From Armatimonadetes bacterium 55-13 (GTDB lineage Bacteria > Armatimonadota > Fimbriimonadia > Fimbriimonadales > Fimbriimonadaceae), in the NCBI GenBank assembly GCA_001898035.1, contig MKRX01000027.1, forward strand, positions 25,001 to 89,000: 64,000 nucleotides of DNA, read 5' to 3'. Position numbers and translations under genes: made by a program. Shown one piece after another: positions 10,006 to 19,200 of the stretch (position 1 is its first letter; each line of letters starts with the position of its first letter). Under the pieces are notes generated by a model. The model had not been told where the DNA came from and ran no database searches. It was given only the letters and a program-made list of their open reading frames with translations.

Positions 10006-11535
10006 TTAGTTAAACTGGAATTCAGGTGAGGCAAACATCACTCGGCACACCAGTCTCGCTACCTCGCCTGCGTTCCGAGGAGTCACTTGCCCCCCGCTCG
10101 CCTTCTTCGCCGCTTCGACCATCGTCGCCGTCGATTTCGCATCGAATTGACCGTCGAACACCGACTGCAATTTCTTCACCGCCCCCGCTGGTGAAGGATC
10201 TTGTACAAAAAGCTGAAAAGCGTTATAGCCAATCCCCATGCCGCGCCGCTGAGCCCCATTTCCGGCCAATGGCTCGCCCGGTCGGGGGCCAATGGTTCCG
10301 CCCATAAACAACTCGTCCGCCCACTTAATGCGCTCAATCATCGTCGCCGAGGTAATCCAATAGGCGCCGGTTCGCCAACCGGAAACGTCGGGTGGGTACA
10401 TCAACTCCATCCCCATTGACTTTGTGGATTGCCGTGCGGAGAATGCAGGCGCCATCGCCCGGATCAACGCCACGTTCAGTCCGTTTTGCCCCACCACCGG
10501 ATTCGCTTTGCCTGCCTCCAATCGCTGCATGGCCGTCGCTCCCGCGCCAAGCTGTCGAGCAATGGAGACCGTGAATTCGATGGGATTCTTCAAGATTCGA
10601 CGGTAAGCCTTCTCCGAATAGAATTCGTCAGAATTCATGATCGCCCGAATCAGCGCTTTGATATCCAGATCGCTCTCCGCAAACTTCTTTGCCAACTTGT
10701 CCACCAGCGCGGGTTCAGGATCGGCATAGGCAAACCATTCCCACATTTTGTGAACGATGAACTTGGCGGTCTGGGCTTGCGCACATAAGAGGTCGATAAT
10801 GTCCTCGCCCTCTAGACGCCCCGCTTTGCCCAAAACTTCCTTCTCGCCATAGTCGTGACGGTCCCTCACTAAGACGAACTCCTCGTACCTTCGCGGTGAC
10901 CGGGCGGTGCGGTTGGCCAGACGCGCAAACCGGGGTGGCCCATAGGTCCAACCCGTAAACGCCCTCGCCGCTTCCTGAATGTCCTTCTCAGTGTAGTGGC
11001 CAATGCCCAGAGTGAAGAGTTCCATCACCTCCCGAGCAAAGTTCTCGTTCGGTCGTCCCGCTACGTTCTCTTGATTGTCCAGCCAGTAAAGCATCGCCGG
11101 GTCCTTGCTGACCGCCATCAGGAGATCACCAAACTTGCCCGTCGCATTCTTTCGCAAGGTGTCGATATGCGCGTCCATCGCATAAGAACTGTCCACCTTG
11201 TCCGCACTGGTGGCGAAATGGTTGTGCCAGAAGATCGTCATCTTTTCTTCCAGCGGTCTCTGGGTGGCCAAGAGCCGCAGGTACCAGTAGCCCTGCATGA
11301 CTCGAATATTGACGACGCCCTGAGGGTTGGCAAAGAGATCCGGCTGAACGTCGAAGTTCACCGGTGTTTTCTCATAATCGACCAACGCGTCGATCGCCCC
11401 CTTCCATCCGAGTCGGCCATAAAAATCCATCTCCGCCTCGCTGGCCCCCAGCCCAAAACGCCGCAGCAAATGGGCAATGCGATCTCTCTCTGTCAGAGCG
11501 CTCATGCACGGCATGGACGGAAGCCCCAGATTCAT
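10006..11535 (-). CDS. DUF1800 family protein
   Basis: Characteristic DUF1800 stretches: HNHFATS and ENFAREVMELFTLGIGHYTEKDIQEAARAFTGW. No DUF1501 partner is adjacent. Confidence 0.75.
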   Translation of the reverse strand: MNLGLPSMPCMSALTERDRIAHLLRRFGLGASEAEMDFYGRLGWKGAIDALVDYEKTPVNFDVQPDLFANPQGVVNIRVMQGYWYLRLLATQRPLEEKMTIFWHNHFATSADKVDSSYAMDAHIDTLRKNATGKFGDLLMAVSKDPAMLYWLDNQENVAGRPNENFAREVMELFTLGIGHYTEKDIQEAARAFTGWTYGPPRFARLANRTARSPRRYEEFVLVRDRHDYGEKEVLGKAGRLEGEDIIDLLCAQAQTAKFIVHKMWEWFAYADPEPALVDKLAKKFAESDLDIKALIRAIMNSDEFYSEKAYRRILKNPIEFTVSIARQLGAGATAMQRLEAGKANPVVGQNGLNVALIRAMAPAFSARQSTKSMGMELMYPPDVSGWRTGAYWITSATMIERIKWADELFMGGTIGPRPGEPLAGNGAQRRGMGIGYNAFQLFVQDPSPAGAVKKLQSVFDGQFDAKSTATMVEAAKKASGGQVTPRNAGEVARLVCRVMFASPEFQFN

Positions 11536-11611
11536 TGTTCACTGCTGAACTTAGACCCGGCAATCACCGAACATATTCTTAATCCGGCTGGTATAATTCC
11601 AGCCCTAACGC

Positions 11612-11685
11612 TGCCCGCTCGTCTAATGGCAGGACAACAGTCTCTGGATCTGTTTATCGTGGTTCGAATCCATGGCGGGCAGCCA
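11612..11685 (+). tRNA. tRNA-Gln (anticodon CUG)
   Basis: The 74-nt sequence folds manually into a cloverleaf. Acceptor stem TGCCCGC/GCGGGCA gives the U1:A72 pair typical of bacterial tRNA-Gln. D-stem GTCT/GGAC with a GG-containing D-loop. Anticodon loop CTCTGGA has U33 and anticodon CUG. T-arm CGTGG-TTCGAAT-CCATG. Discriminator G, encoded CCA. Confidence 0.8.
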
Positions 11686-11986
11686 ACACCCAAGATCCCG
11701 GGAATCAGTCCTGCATCAGCTGTTTGTAGCATTTATTGAATGGCTCTTCTCCCCTTTAGACTAGCCTTTTCGAATTTGGAGGGCAGTTCAAGCAGGCTTA
11801 CGCCAAGCTCGTCGTAGGATCACGTAAGGGGTGGCATCTTAGCTTGCCTAGATTCCAGAAGGAGCTAACTCCAGAACAGAACCGGCATGCCTAGCTTATA
11901 CTATTGAGGCTACTCTGCGTCTGTGTTGTTACGCTGGCAGAAATGGCTGCAAGATCGCCCAATACACGGCGGAAAGGAAACGACCG

Positions 11987-12835
11987 ATGACTGCATTAAT
12001 TATGTCCATATCCTTTCTTTTGGGCATGCAACAGACAGAGCCAACTGCACCGTTATATATCAATACTCCAAGCGGATTTGAATTTCAGGATGGATGCGGA
12101 GACTCAAGCGTTAGCTTTGCAATTCTCAAAAAGTCTGGACGCAGTTTTTTGTATCAGACCACGTCGCGCCAAGTTAACTGGTACCCCTTAGATACACAAG
12201 ACGGAACACAATGGTCGCTTCCATTGCAGTGGCGGGGTAGCTGGGTGATCTATTCACTTAAACCGACCTCTAAACTTAGGCGTTCCGAAGACGGTAAATA
12301 CTCCTTCGAATACACTTCAAGTGCATACACTGTCGAAACATCCTCGGGAAAGCTTGTTGCCAAATCTGGCGCTCCTGATGCGTTTGCTCTGTCCGATGGA
12401 ATTGACCCCGGCAAAAATGACCGTGCATATCATCTGATGTATGGGCGGCTAGTCGAATACAACGCTCTCCAAGAACTTCAAGATCGCAAATCATATAATT
12501 ACAACCTCTGCTTTCCTCTAATGCCTGTTGCTCTTTCCAATGATGGGGCGTACGGAGCTGTCTTGCAAGGGGGATTGCGTTTATTTTCACCACAGAATCG
12601 CACTTGGGCCCCACTTTCGTTCGAGGGGCAGTCGACCTGGAAAATCCCAAATTGGAACCAACCGATTAACGCAGTGTTTTTTAGGTCGAATAGTTTAGCG
12701 GTGACATTCTTTGATCGCAGCCCTAAAGACTATTCAGTATCTTATTGTGCTGTTGTATTCGACCTTAAAGGCCAGAAAATAGCCTCAATCAAGCCTGGCA
12801 AATGTGTTCTTAGGCCAGCTCTGGTGATGAATTGA
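11987..12835 (+). CDS. Hypothetical protein on a low-GC islet
   Basis: 282-aa ORF. Its GC content is visibly lower (~45-48%) than the flanking DNA (~60%). It lies directly downstream of the tRNA-Gln. N-terminal hydrophobic segment. Confidence 0.5.
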   Translation: MTALIMSISFLLGMQQTEPTAPLYINTPSGFEFQDGCGDSSVSFAILKKSGRSFLYQTTSRQVNWYPLDTQDGTQWSLPLQWRGSWVIYSLKPTSKLRRSEDGKYSFEYTSSAYTVETSSGKLVAKSGAPDAFALSDGIDPGKNDRAYHLMYGRLVEYNALQELQDRKSYNYNLCFPLMPVALSNDGAYGAVLQGGLRLFSPQNRTWAPLSFEGQSTWKIPNWNQPINAVFFRSNSLAVTFFDRSPKDYSVSYCAVVFDLKGQKIASIKPGKCVLRPALVMN

Positions 12836-13065
12836 TATCGTCCTCACCTTGGTGTTTCCCCCTTGAGCTTGGTGGAAATTAACACACGCTCGCGAGATAA
12901 ATCGGCGAAACGTTGCTCTGGTCCGTACCCGGACATCAGAAACGTCCAAAAATGAGCATGTTGCTTGCGTAGCACAACACGAAAAGTGTCGCGAGGCTCA
13001 AGAAGCCGATTCGGATCGCCAGAGGAATCCTTCGCGTCATGGGTTGATTATCCGACGGAAACGAA

Positions 13066-13659
13066 CTAGATTCGCATCCCCGCAATCAAAACGTCCACCA
13101 TCCGCCGAGCGTTCTCGTGCCAGTTCGAATCCGGGCTCGCCATTGCGACCCCACTGATCGCCCGCAGCAAATCCAGCGGCTCAAACTCCAAACGAATCTC
13201 GCCCGCCGCCACTGCCCGATCGGTGAGCGAGGTCATGGTGCTTCGTAGCATCTCTCCCGACTTCGCGTAAAGCGCATCCGTCCCCCCAACCATCGCGCTG
13301 AGCGCCTCCTTGATCGAGATCTTGGTCGCGATCAGGTCAAGAAAGAGGATCATCCACGCGCGGAGCGCCTCGACCGGGGGATGCGTCTTGGCCAGCTCCT
13401 GCTCCGCGACCACCAACTTCTCCAATTCGGAGAGATAAAGCGCTTCTACCAAAGCGTCCCGAGTAGGGAAATGCCGGTAAAGCGTGCCGACCCCGAGGCC
13501 AGAACGGCGGACCACATCATCGAGCGTCACATTCGGGCCCTCTTCGGCAAAGAGCGCCTGCGCTACCGCAAGGATGTGCTCACGATTTCGAAGCGCGTCG
13601 GCGCGCGGTTTTCGGATTTTTTGGTCTGACATACCTAGGACTCTTGAAAACGGAGACAT
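13066..13659 (-). CDS. TetR/AcrR family transcriptional regulator
   Basis: N-terminal HTH (ILAVAQALFAEEGPNVTLDDVVRRSGLGVGTLYRHFPTRDAL). Divergent from the SDR gene. The true start may be the internal Met at 13632. Confidence 0.8.
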   Translation of the reverse strand: MSPFSRVLGMSDQKIRKPRADALRNREHILAVAQALFAEEGPNVTLDDVVRRSGLGVGTLYRHFPTRDALVEALYLSELEKLVVAEQELAKTHPPVEALRAWMILFLDLIATKISIKEALSAMVGGTDALYAKSGEMLRSTMTSLTDRAVAAGEIRLEFEPLDLLRAISGVAMASPDSNWHENARRMVDVLIAGMRI

Positions 13660-13721
13660 TCTCCGTTTATTATTTATCCGGAGGTTCTCTCCATTTTACC
13701 GAAGAGACTCCGGAGAAACAA

Positions 13722-14669
13722 ATGATTAAGATTTTCGATGCGAAATCGACCACGGACGAAGTCCTCGACGGCATAGACCTGAGCGGTAAGCGCATCCTGG
13801 TAACGGGCGTCTCCGCCGGACTGGGGGTCGAGACCGCACGCTCCCTCGCTGCCCACGGCGCTCAAGTGGTGGGCGCGGCCCGCGACTTGGCCAAGGCCCG
13901 CCGGGTCAATGGGGAAGAGATCGAACTGATTGAACTCGATCTTGCCTCCCTGAGCAGCGTCCGCGCCGCCGCCGATCGACTCCTCGCCGATGGCCGCCCC
14001 TTCGACGTCATCATCGCCAACGCCGGCGTCATGGCCACCCCTCTCGGCAAAACCTCCGATGGGTTTGAGACCCAATTCGGCACCAACCACCTCGGCCATT
14101 TCGTTTTCATCAATCGCATTGCATCGTTGCTGCGACCCGGATCCAGAGTGGTGATGCTCTCCTCATCCGGTCACAGATTCTCGGATGTGGACCTGGAAGA
14201 CCCGAATTTCGATCACACCCCTTACGACCCATTCATCGCCTACGGACGTTCGAAGACCGCGAACATTCTCTTTGCGGTGGGATTCGATAATCGTCACAAG
14301 TCAAACGGCATCCGCGCCACCGCCGTCCACCCCGGCGGAATCTTGACCGAACTCGGCCGCCACCTGGAGCCGAACCGCATCAACGATATCGTCGACAACC
14401 TCAACAAAGAACTCGCCGAGCAGGGCAAAGACCCGTTCGAGTTCAAGACTGTTCCCCAGGGAGCCGCAACCTCCGTCTGGGCCGCCGTCGTCGCTCATGC
14501 CGATGAGGTTGGCGGAAAATACTGCGAGAACTGCCACGTCGGCCAAATCGTCCCCGACGACCAGAGCATCAGCGCCGTCAGCGAAGGCGCCCGAGCCTAC
14601 GCCCTCGACCCCATCCGAGCCGAACTCCTATGGGCCAAGAGCGAAGAAATGGTGGGAGAACTGTTCTAA
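13722..14669 (+). CDS. SDR family NAD(P)-dependent oxidoreductase
   Basis: Gly-rich Rossmann motif TGVSAGLG. NAG motif. Catalytic YxxxK (YGRSK). Confidence 0.8.
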   Translation: MIKIFDAKSTTDEVLDGIDLSGKRILVTGVSAGLGVETARSLAAHGAQVVGAARDLAKARRVNGEEIELIELDLASLSSVRAAADRLLADGRPFDVIIANAGVMATPLGKTSDGFETQFGTNHLGHFVFINRIASLLRPGSRVVMLSSSGHRFSDVDLEDPNFDHTPYDPFIAYGRSKTANILFAVGFDNRHKSNGIRATAVHPGGILTELGRHLEPNRINDIVDNLNKELAEQGKDPFEFKTVPQGAATSVWAAVVAHADEVGGKYCENCHVGQIVPDDQSISAVSEGARAYALDPIRAELLWAKSEEMVGELF

Positions 14670-14861
14670 ACCCCAAAGTCCCTCGGCGACCCCGCCGAGG
14701 GACGAAACCTGGGTTATCATAATTTCTAGGCGACACCCACGCCTCCACCCTCCAAACGGGAAGTGTCATTCGCACCGGGTGCCACATTCGTCGAACCGAC
14801 TGATTCGAGCGCCGCGCACAAGGAGGGACTGCGAGCCTTGCTCGAAGAAGGAGGTTTGAAA

Positions 14862-15551
14862 ATGACTCTGTCTGCACCCGTCTATCAACTCAAGCGCCGC
14901 GCCAAACTCTTGGCCCGCCAATCCCAGATTCCCCTTCACCAAGCCTTGGACCAAGTCGCTCGCGAAGAAGGTTTCCAGTCCTGGAGCCTACTCCTCGCCA
15001 AGTTGCCCTCTCCCGCGCAACGACTCTACGAGCAACTCCAACCAGGCGACCTCGTCCTCCTCGCCGCCCGTCCCGGCCAAGGTAAGACTCTCCTGAGCCT
15101 GGAACTCACCGTCCAAGCCGAGAACAGCTACTTCTTCACTCTGGAATCCACGGAGAGCGAAGTCTTAAGCCACCTCAAGGGGCTCAACCTCAAACGACCG
15201 CCGAGTCTGAAAATCGACACGAATGACTCTATTTGCGCCGACTACATCGCGCAAGAGCTTGGCCAAGCACCGAAGGGAACCCTCGTGGTCATCGACTATC
15301 TCCAGCTTCTCGATCAAAAACGCCAAAACCCGGACCTCGCCACCCAGGTCAGAGCGCTCAAGCAGACGGCGATAGATCGGGAAATCACCATCGTTTGCAT
15401 CTCCCAAATCGACCGTCACTACGATCCAAAATCCAAGCCGTGTCCCGACCTTTCGGACGTCCGTCTCCCTAATCCCGTCGATGTCGATCTCTTCAACAAG
15501 ACCTGCTTCCTTCACGCCGGACAAATCAAGTTCGGCCACGCCATGACATAG
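14862..15551 (+). CDS. Stand-alone DnaB C-terminal-domain-like / RepA-like RecA-fold ATPase
   Basis: Walker A ARPGQGKT. LVVIDYLQLL (DnaB H2/Walker B-like). ITIVCISQIDR (H3-like). DLSDVRLPN (H4-like). No N-terminal DnaB domain. A strong RBS AAGGAGG precedes the ATG. Confidence 0.65.
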   Translation: MTLSAPVYQLKRRAKLLARQSQIPLHQALDQVAREEGFQSWSLLLAKLPSPAQRLYEQLQPGDLVLLAARPGQGKTLLSLELTVQAENSYFFTLESTESEVLSHLKGLNLKRPPSLKIDTNDSICADYIAQELGQAPKGTLVVIDYLQLLDQKRQNPDLATQVRALKQTAIDREITIVCISQIDRHYDPKSKPCPDLSDVRLPNPVDVDLFNKTCFLHAGQIKFGHAMT

Positions 15552-15563
15552 AATAGGAGGGCA

Positions 15564-16718
15564 ATGACGCCGATCCTGTTCTTCACCCTCCTCGCCGTTC
15601 CTCAGACCAGAGTGTCGACGAGCGAAGAACTCAGGCAGGCCACTCAAATCGCCAAACCCGGCGCGATCATCCTCCTCGAACCCGGTCAGTATCGAGGAGG
15701 AGTCCACCTCCAAAACCTCCACGGCGCCCCCGGAAAGCCGATTGTCATCCGCGCTGCTAACCCAGAAAATCCTCCCCAATTCAGAGGCGGAGGGAGCGCA
15801 ATCCAACTCTCCGAAGTCACGTACGTCACCCTCGAAAATATCCAGGTCGAGGACGCCAATGACAACGGTTTGAACGTCGATGACGGCGGAACCATAGAGA
15901 CTCCCTCTCACCACATCACCCTAAGGAACATCCGCGTCGCCAACCTCCCCAAAGGCAATCACGACGGTATCAAACTCTCGGGAATCGAAGATTTCCGAGT
16001 CGAGAACTGCACCATCGAGCGTTGGGGTGGCTCGGCCATCGACATGGTCGGATGCCATCGTGGAGTCATCACAGAGGGAACCTTTAGTGAAGGCGGGGAC
16101 AGTGGCGTTCAGTGCAAGGGCGGGACCTCCCAAATCAAAATCACGAATTCCCTATTTGAGAACCCTGGTGAAAGAGCCATCAACATCGGCGGCAGCACCG
16201 GCGTCCCCTTCTTCCGCCCTCCCCTCCAAAAGATGCCTGCCGCTGCTAAATACGAAGCGAAGGACATCCTTGTGGAAGGGAACACCTTCACCGGTGCCAC
16301 GTCGCCCTTTGCGTTTGTCGGTGTGGATGGCGCGAGGGTTCGTTACAACACCGTCTATCATCCTCAGAAGTGGGTCGTCCGAGTTCTCCAGGAGACCACC
16401 CTCCCCGGTTTCGTTCCTTGCCGAAATGGGGTCTTCGAGAAAAACCTCATCGTCTTCCAATCCCAAAATTGGTCCGCGGGCGGATTCAATATCGGACCAA
16501 ATACAAACCCTCAATCCTTCCGCTTCTCCCAAAACCTCTGGTACTGCGAGGATCGCCCCGAACGCAGCCAGCCAACCCCGCCCACCGAAGAGCAAAAGCC
16601 ACTCATCGGTCTAGATCCCAAATTACGAGACCCCAAGAACGGCGACTTCACCGTCCTCCCCAACAGCCCTGCCAAAGATTGCGGCGCTCACGCATTGAAA
16701 CCGGAACTCGCGCATTAA
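15564..16718 (+). CDS. Secreted right-handed parallel beta-helix protein (pectate-lyase fold)
   Basis: Signal peptide. Repetitive V/I-x-N/D-x rungs (ITLRNIRVAN, FRVENCTIE, IKITNSLFEN) characteristic of the beta-helix fold. Confidence 0.6.
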   Translation: MTPILFFTLLAVPQTRVSTSEELRQATQIAKPGAIILLEPGQYRGGVHLQNLHGAPGKPIVIRAANPENPPQFRGGGSAIQLSEVTYVTLENIQVEDANDNGLNVDDGGTIETPSHHITLRNIRVANLPKGNHDGIKLSGIEDFRVENCTIERWGGSAIDMVGCHRGVITEGTFSEGGDSGVQCKGGTSQIKITNSLFENPGERAINIGGSTGVPFFRPPLQKMPAAAKYEAKDILVEGNTFTGATSPFAFVGVDGARVRYNTVYHPQKWVVRVLQETTLPGFVPCRNGVFEKNLIVFQSQNWSAGGFNIGPNTNPQSFRFSQNLWYCEDRPERSQPTPPTEEQKPLIGLDPKLRDPKNGDFTVLPNSPAKDCGAHALKPELAH

Positions 16719-16845
16719 CGGCCACCATCCCGCCTACAGAATCTCCTAATCGTTCCTTAAAAGAGAAAAATCTTTGCTTCTTTAGTACTGTATGTGTGTG
16801 CTTACATTGGGCTGCGGGCAGATGCCCGTGAGGAGAAAAACACTC

Positions 16846-17874
16846 ATGCTAACCGCAGCAGTAGCTCTCGCCGCCATCGCGGCGCCCAAAGCGCTCTCAT
16901 TCACTCGACCGACCACTCCGTTGCCCAGCAACATCCAATTCTACGAAATCTTCATGAACCCCCCCGGCGGCGGTGACGATAACTCGGGACTCGAGTACAT
17001 CGTTGTTCGCGGTCCGGCAAACACGAGCCTGAACACCTACGCCATCGCCGCTGTCGAGAACGAGCACAGCAGCTCCGGCGCCAACGACATTGGAACCTTG
17101 GACATGCTCATCCCGCTAGACGGCTACAGCACCGATGCCAACGGCATCTGCGTCATCCGAGACCTGAACGGCAGCGGCAACCTTGGAACCTTCAGCCCGG
17201 CGGACACAACGAGCGGAACCCATGAGTTCGCTTTCCAATGGCAAGACGATTCGAACATCGCGAACTTCGGCTACACCTACACGGGTGCAACTCGCTCGGG
17301 CAGCGCCGTTTCCACCTACTTCGGCGGAAACACCCTGGAGAACGAGGGCACCAACCTCTTCATCGTCCAGTACGTCAACAAGGATCTCGTTCAGGAATTG
17401 GACGGTGTCAGCAAGGGAACCGCGCTTGATGTCGATCACGACGGTCAACTGGACTACACCGAAAGCACCAAGCCCACCGGCTGGATTCAGCCCTGGGACA
17501 ATGCCGTTTCGGATGCCGTCTTCATTCCTTTGAAGAACAAGGCTCTTGGCACGAATGCTTCCACTCAGCAGGTCGACTACACCGGCTCCGTGGCCGCCAC
17601 GACCCGAATCTCGGTCGAGCGACACTCGGGCTCCACGCCGGACGTCTTCTTCCGACTGAACGACACTCTCGCCCTCGTCTCCGACATGTTGAATGCCGGT
17701 TCAAACGTCTACAACGTAGACAGCAGCGAGGTCTACTTCTCAAATGACACGATCACGACGAGCCTGGTCGGCGCCGTTTCCCCGGCAAGTCTTTCCAGCA
17801 TCCAGATTGAGATCGGTACGGTGGGTTACTTCACGGTGAAGAACACCTCGACCAACGTTCAATACACCCACTAG
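16846..17874 (+). CDS. Hypothetical secreted protein
   Basis: GAGGAG RBS before the ATG at 16846. Signal peptide MLTAAVALAAIAAP. Ser/Thr/Asn-rich, predicted beta-rich. Confidence 0.5.
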   Translation: MLTAAVALAAIAAPKALSFTRPTTPLPSNIQFYEIFMNPPGGGDDNSGLEYIVVRGPANTSLNTYAIAAVENEHSSSGANDIGTLDMLIPLDGYSTDANGICVIRDLNGSGNLGTFSPADTTSGTHEFAFQWQDDSNIANFGYTYTGATRSGSAVSTYFGGNTLENEGTNLFIVQYVNKDLVQELDGVSKGTALDVDHDGQLDYTESTKPTGWIQPWDNAVSDAVFIPLKNKALGTNASTQQVDYTGSVAATTRISVERHSGSTPDVFFRLNDTLALVSDMLNAGSNVYNVDSSEVYFSNDTITTSLVGAVSPASLSSIQIEIGTVGYFTVKNTSTNVQYTH

Positions 17875-17897
17875 TCCTCCAAGACCAAGTGACATCA

Positions 17898-17921
17898 GGG
17901 GCCGTAAGGCCCCTTTTTTTG
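17898..17921 (+). terminator. Rho-independent terminator
   Basis: GGGGCC-GTAA-GGCCCC hairpin followed by TTTTTTT. Confidence 0.8.
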
Positions 17922-17939
17922 TGCCTGAGCCCTGCGCAA

Positions 17940-17965
17940 AAAGAAAGGGGCCTTGCGGCCCCTGG
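17940..17965 (-). terminator. Rho-independent terminator for the convergent PEP-CTERM gene
   Basis: GGGGCCTTGCGGCCCC hairpin. On the minus strand it is followed by a T-rich run (TTTCTTTTT). Confidence 0.7.
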
Positions 17966-17990
17966 TTTTGTCCTCGGTTAAAAGACTCTT

Positions 17991-19142
17991 TTAGGATCGG
18001 CGGCGACGTCGCAGAGCCATCGCGCTCAGGAATCCACCCATCGCCAGAAGCGATGCGGGCTCCGGAACCGGCTGGGCGAGCGTTGCAATGTAGCCAACCT
18101 TTCGGCCCGAAGCGTCAACGCCCAGGCCAACGATCTGGCCCTTGTCGTTGATGTCCATCGCACCGGTGATCGTGAATCCGGCGGTGATGGCGTCGGTCTG
18201 GTCGAGGAGCGTGTTCAGGTTGTATTGCATTCCGTCCTGGTAGAGGAAAGCGTTGGAACCCGTAAAGTTGGTCGCGTACCGCTGCCAGAAGCCTTCGTTG
18301 CCCACAATCGCGCCGCTGTTGTTGATCGCGGTTGGCATGAACTTGTTGGCAAAGTCCGTAAGAAGCGTGCAGTTGGCCGTTCCCGAACTGTAGTCCCAAA
18401 GGGCAACCTGATATTCGGACGTCCCATCCGCGGTCACAACGCCAACCGCTTGGCCGGATTCGTTCAGGGCGTAGGCCTGAGACCATTGACCGGAAGGGCG
18501 ATTCAGATCGATATAGTTCCCGTTTTGCCAAACCCAAGAATCTTGAGTTGGGCTGAAAGCGCCGCCGGGGTTGTTGAGATAGTCGTCGAATCCAAGAACC
18601 TGACCGTTCTCATTGGCCGCGTAAACGTAACCCTGAGGCACGCCCGACTCGGTGTTAATCAGCGACATCGCCGCCGAACCAGGACCCCAGGAAACCGGTA
18701 GCTTGTGGTCGTCGGAACCAAATGTTCCCACCATCATGCCGTTGCCAGCGATTCCGCGAGCGACCGCGCCTGAACCGTCAAGCGTTGTCACGGTGTTCGT
18801 ATTCGAATCGTAGCGATAAGCGCCCGCAATTCCGGAGGCAATGCTCTGAACCGCGACCTGGCCAGCGGCATTAATGTCGTAGGCCTGCGAACGCGAGATG
18901 CCGCCACCGATGAGGCTGCTGACACCACCGTCGTAGTACATCGCTCGTCCGCGAGTGATCGAGACATTCGACGTCGTGTACGAGATGCCGGCGACCTGAC
19001 CGTTGTTGTTGATGCTGTAAGCAAAGCTTGCCAGATCGCCCGCCGTGGGCTCAACGATCGTGATTCGATAGAGAGGCTGGTCTGCCAATGCAGAAGCTGC
19101 GGACACGACGATGAGCGCCGCGACGCTAAGACGCGTTTTCAT
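17991..19142 (-). CDS. HAF-repeat extracellular protein with a PEP-CTERM sorting signal
   Basis: Signal peptide MKTRLSVAALIVVSAASA. Repeated N-x-x-GQ-VAG/VGV modules (HAF-type). C-terminus PVPEPASLLAMGGFLSAMALRRRRRS is a classic PEP-CTERM motif (PEP + TM + Arg-rich). Confidence 0.75.
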   Translation of the reverse strand: MKTRLSVAALIVVSAASALADQPLYRITIVEPTAGDLASFAYSINNNGQVAGISYTTSNVSITRGRAMYYDGGVSSLIGGGISRSQAYDINAAGQVAVQSIASGIAGAYRYDSNTNTVTTLDGSGAVARGIAGNGMMVGTFGSDDHKLPVSWGPGSAAMSLINTESGVPQGYVYAANENGQVLGFDDYLNNPGGAFSPTQDSWVWQNGNYIDLNRPSGQWSQAYALNESGQAVGVVTADGTSEYQVALWDYSSGTANCTLLTDFANKFMPTAINNSGAIVGNEGFWQRYATNFTGSNAFLYQDGMQYNLNTLLDQTDAITAGFTITGAMDINDKGQIVGLGVDASGRKVGYIATLAQPVPEPASLLAMGGFLSAMALRRRRRS

Positions 19143-19200
19143 GCTGATTCTCCTCAAGAATGGAATAGTGTTATGGGTCAAGTTCGGTGACCGCGACCGA

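Noticed and set aside
11612-11685. Alternative reading of the tRNA with a 9-nt anticodon loop or as a minus-strand tRNA
   Set aside because: The T-arm lies near the 3' end only on the plus strand. A standard 7-nt loop with U33 and anticodon CUG is obtained when the anticodon stem is taken as ACAGT/TCTGT with one U-U mismatch.
15564-16718. Beta-helix protein as a phage tailspike
   Set aside because: It has a cleavable-looking N-terminal signal peptide, and no other phage structural genes are nearby. A secreted polysaccharide lyase/hydrolase is more likely.
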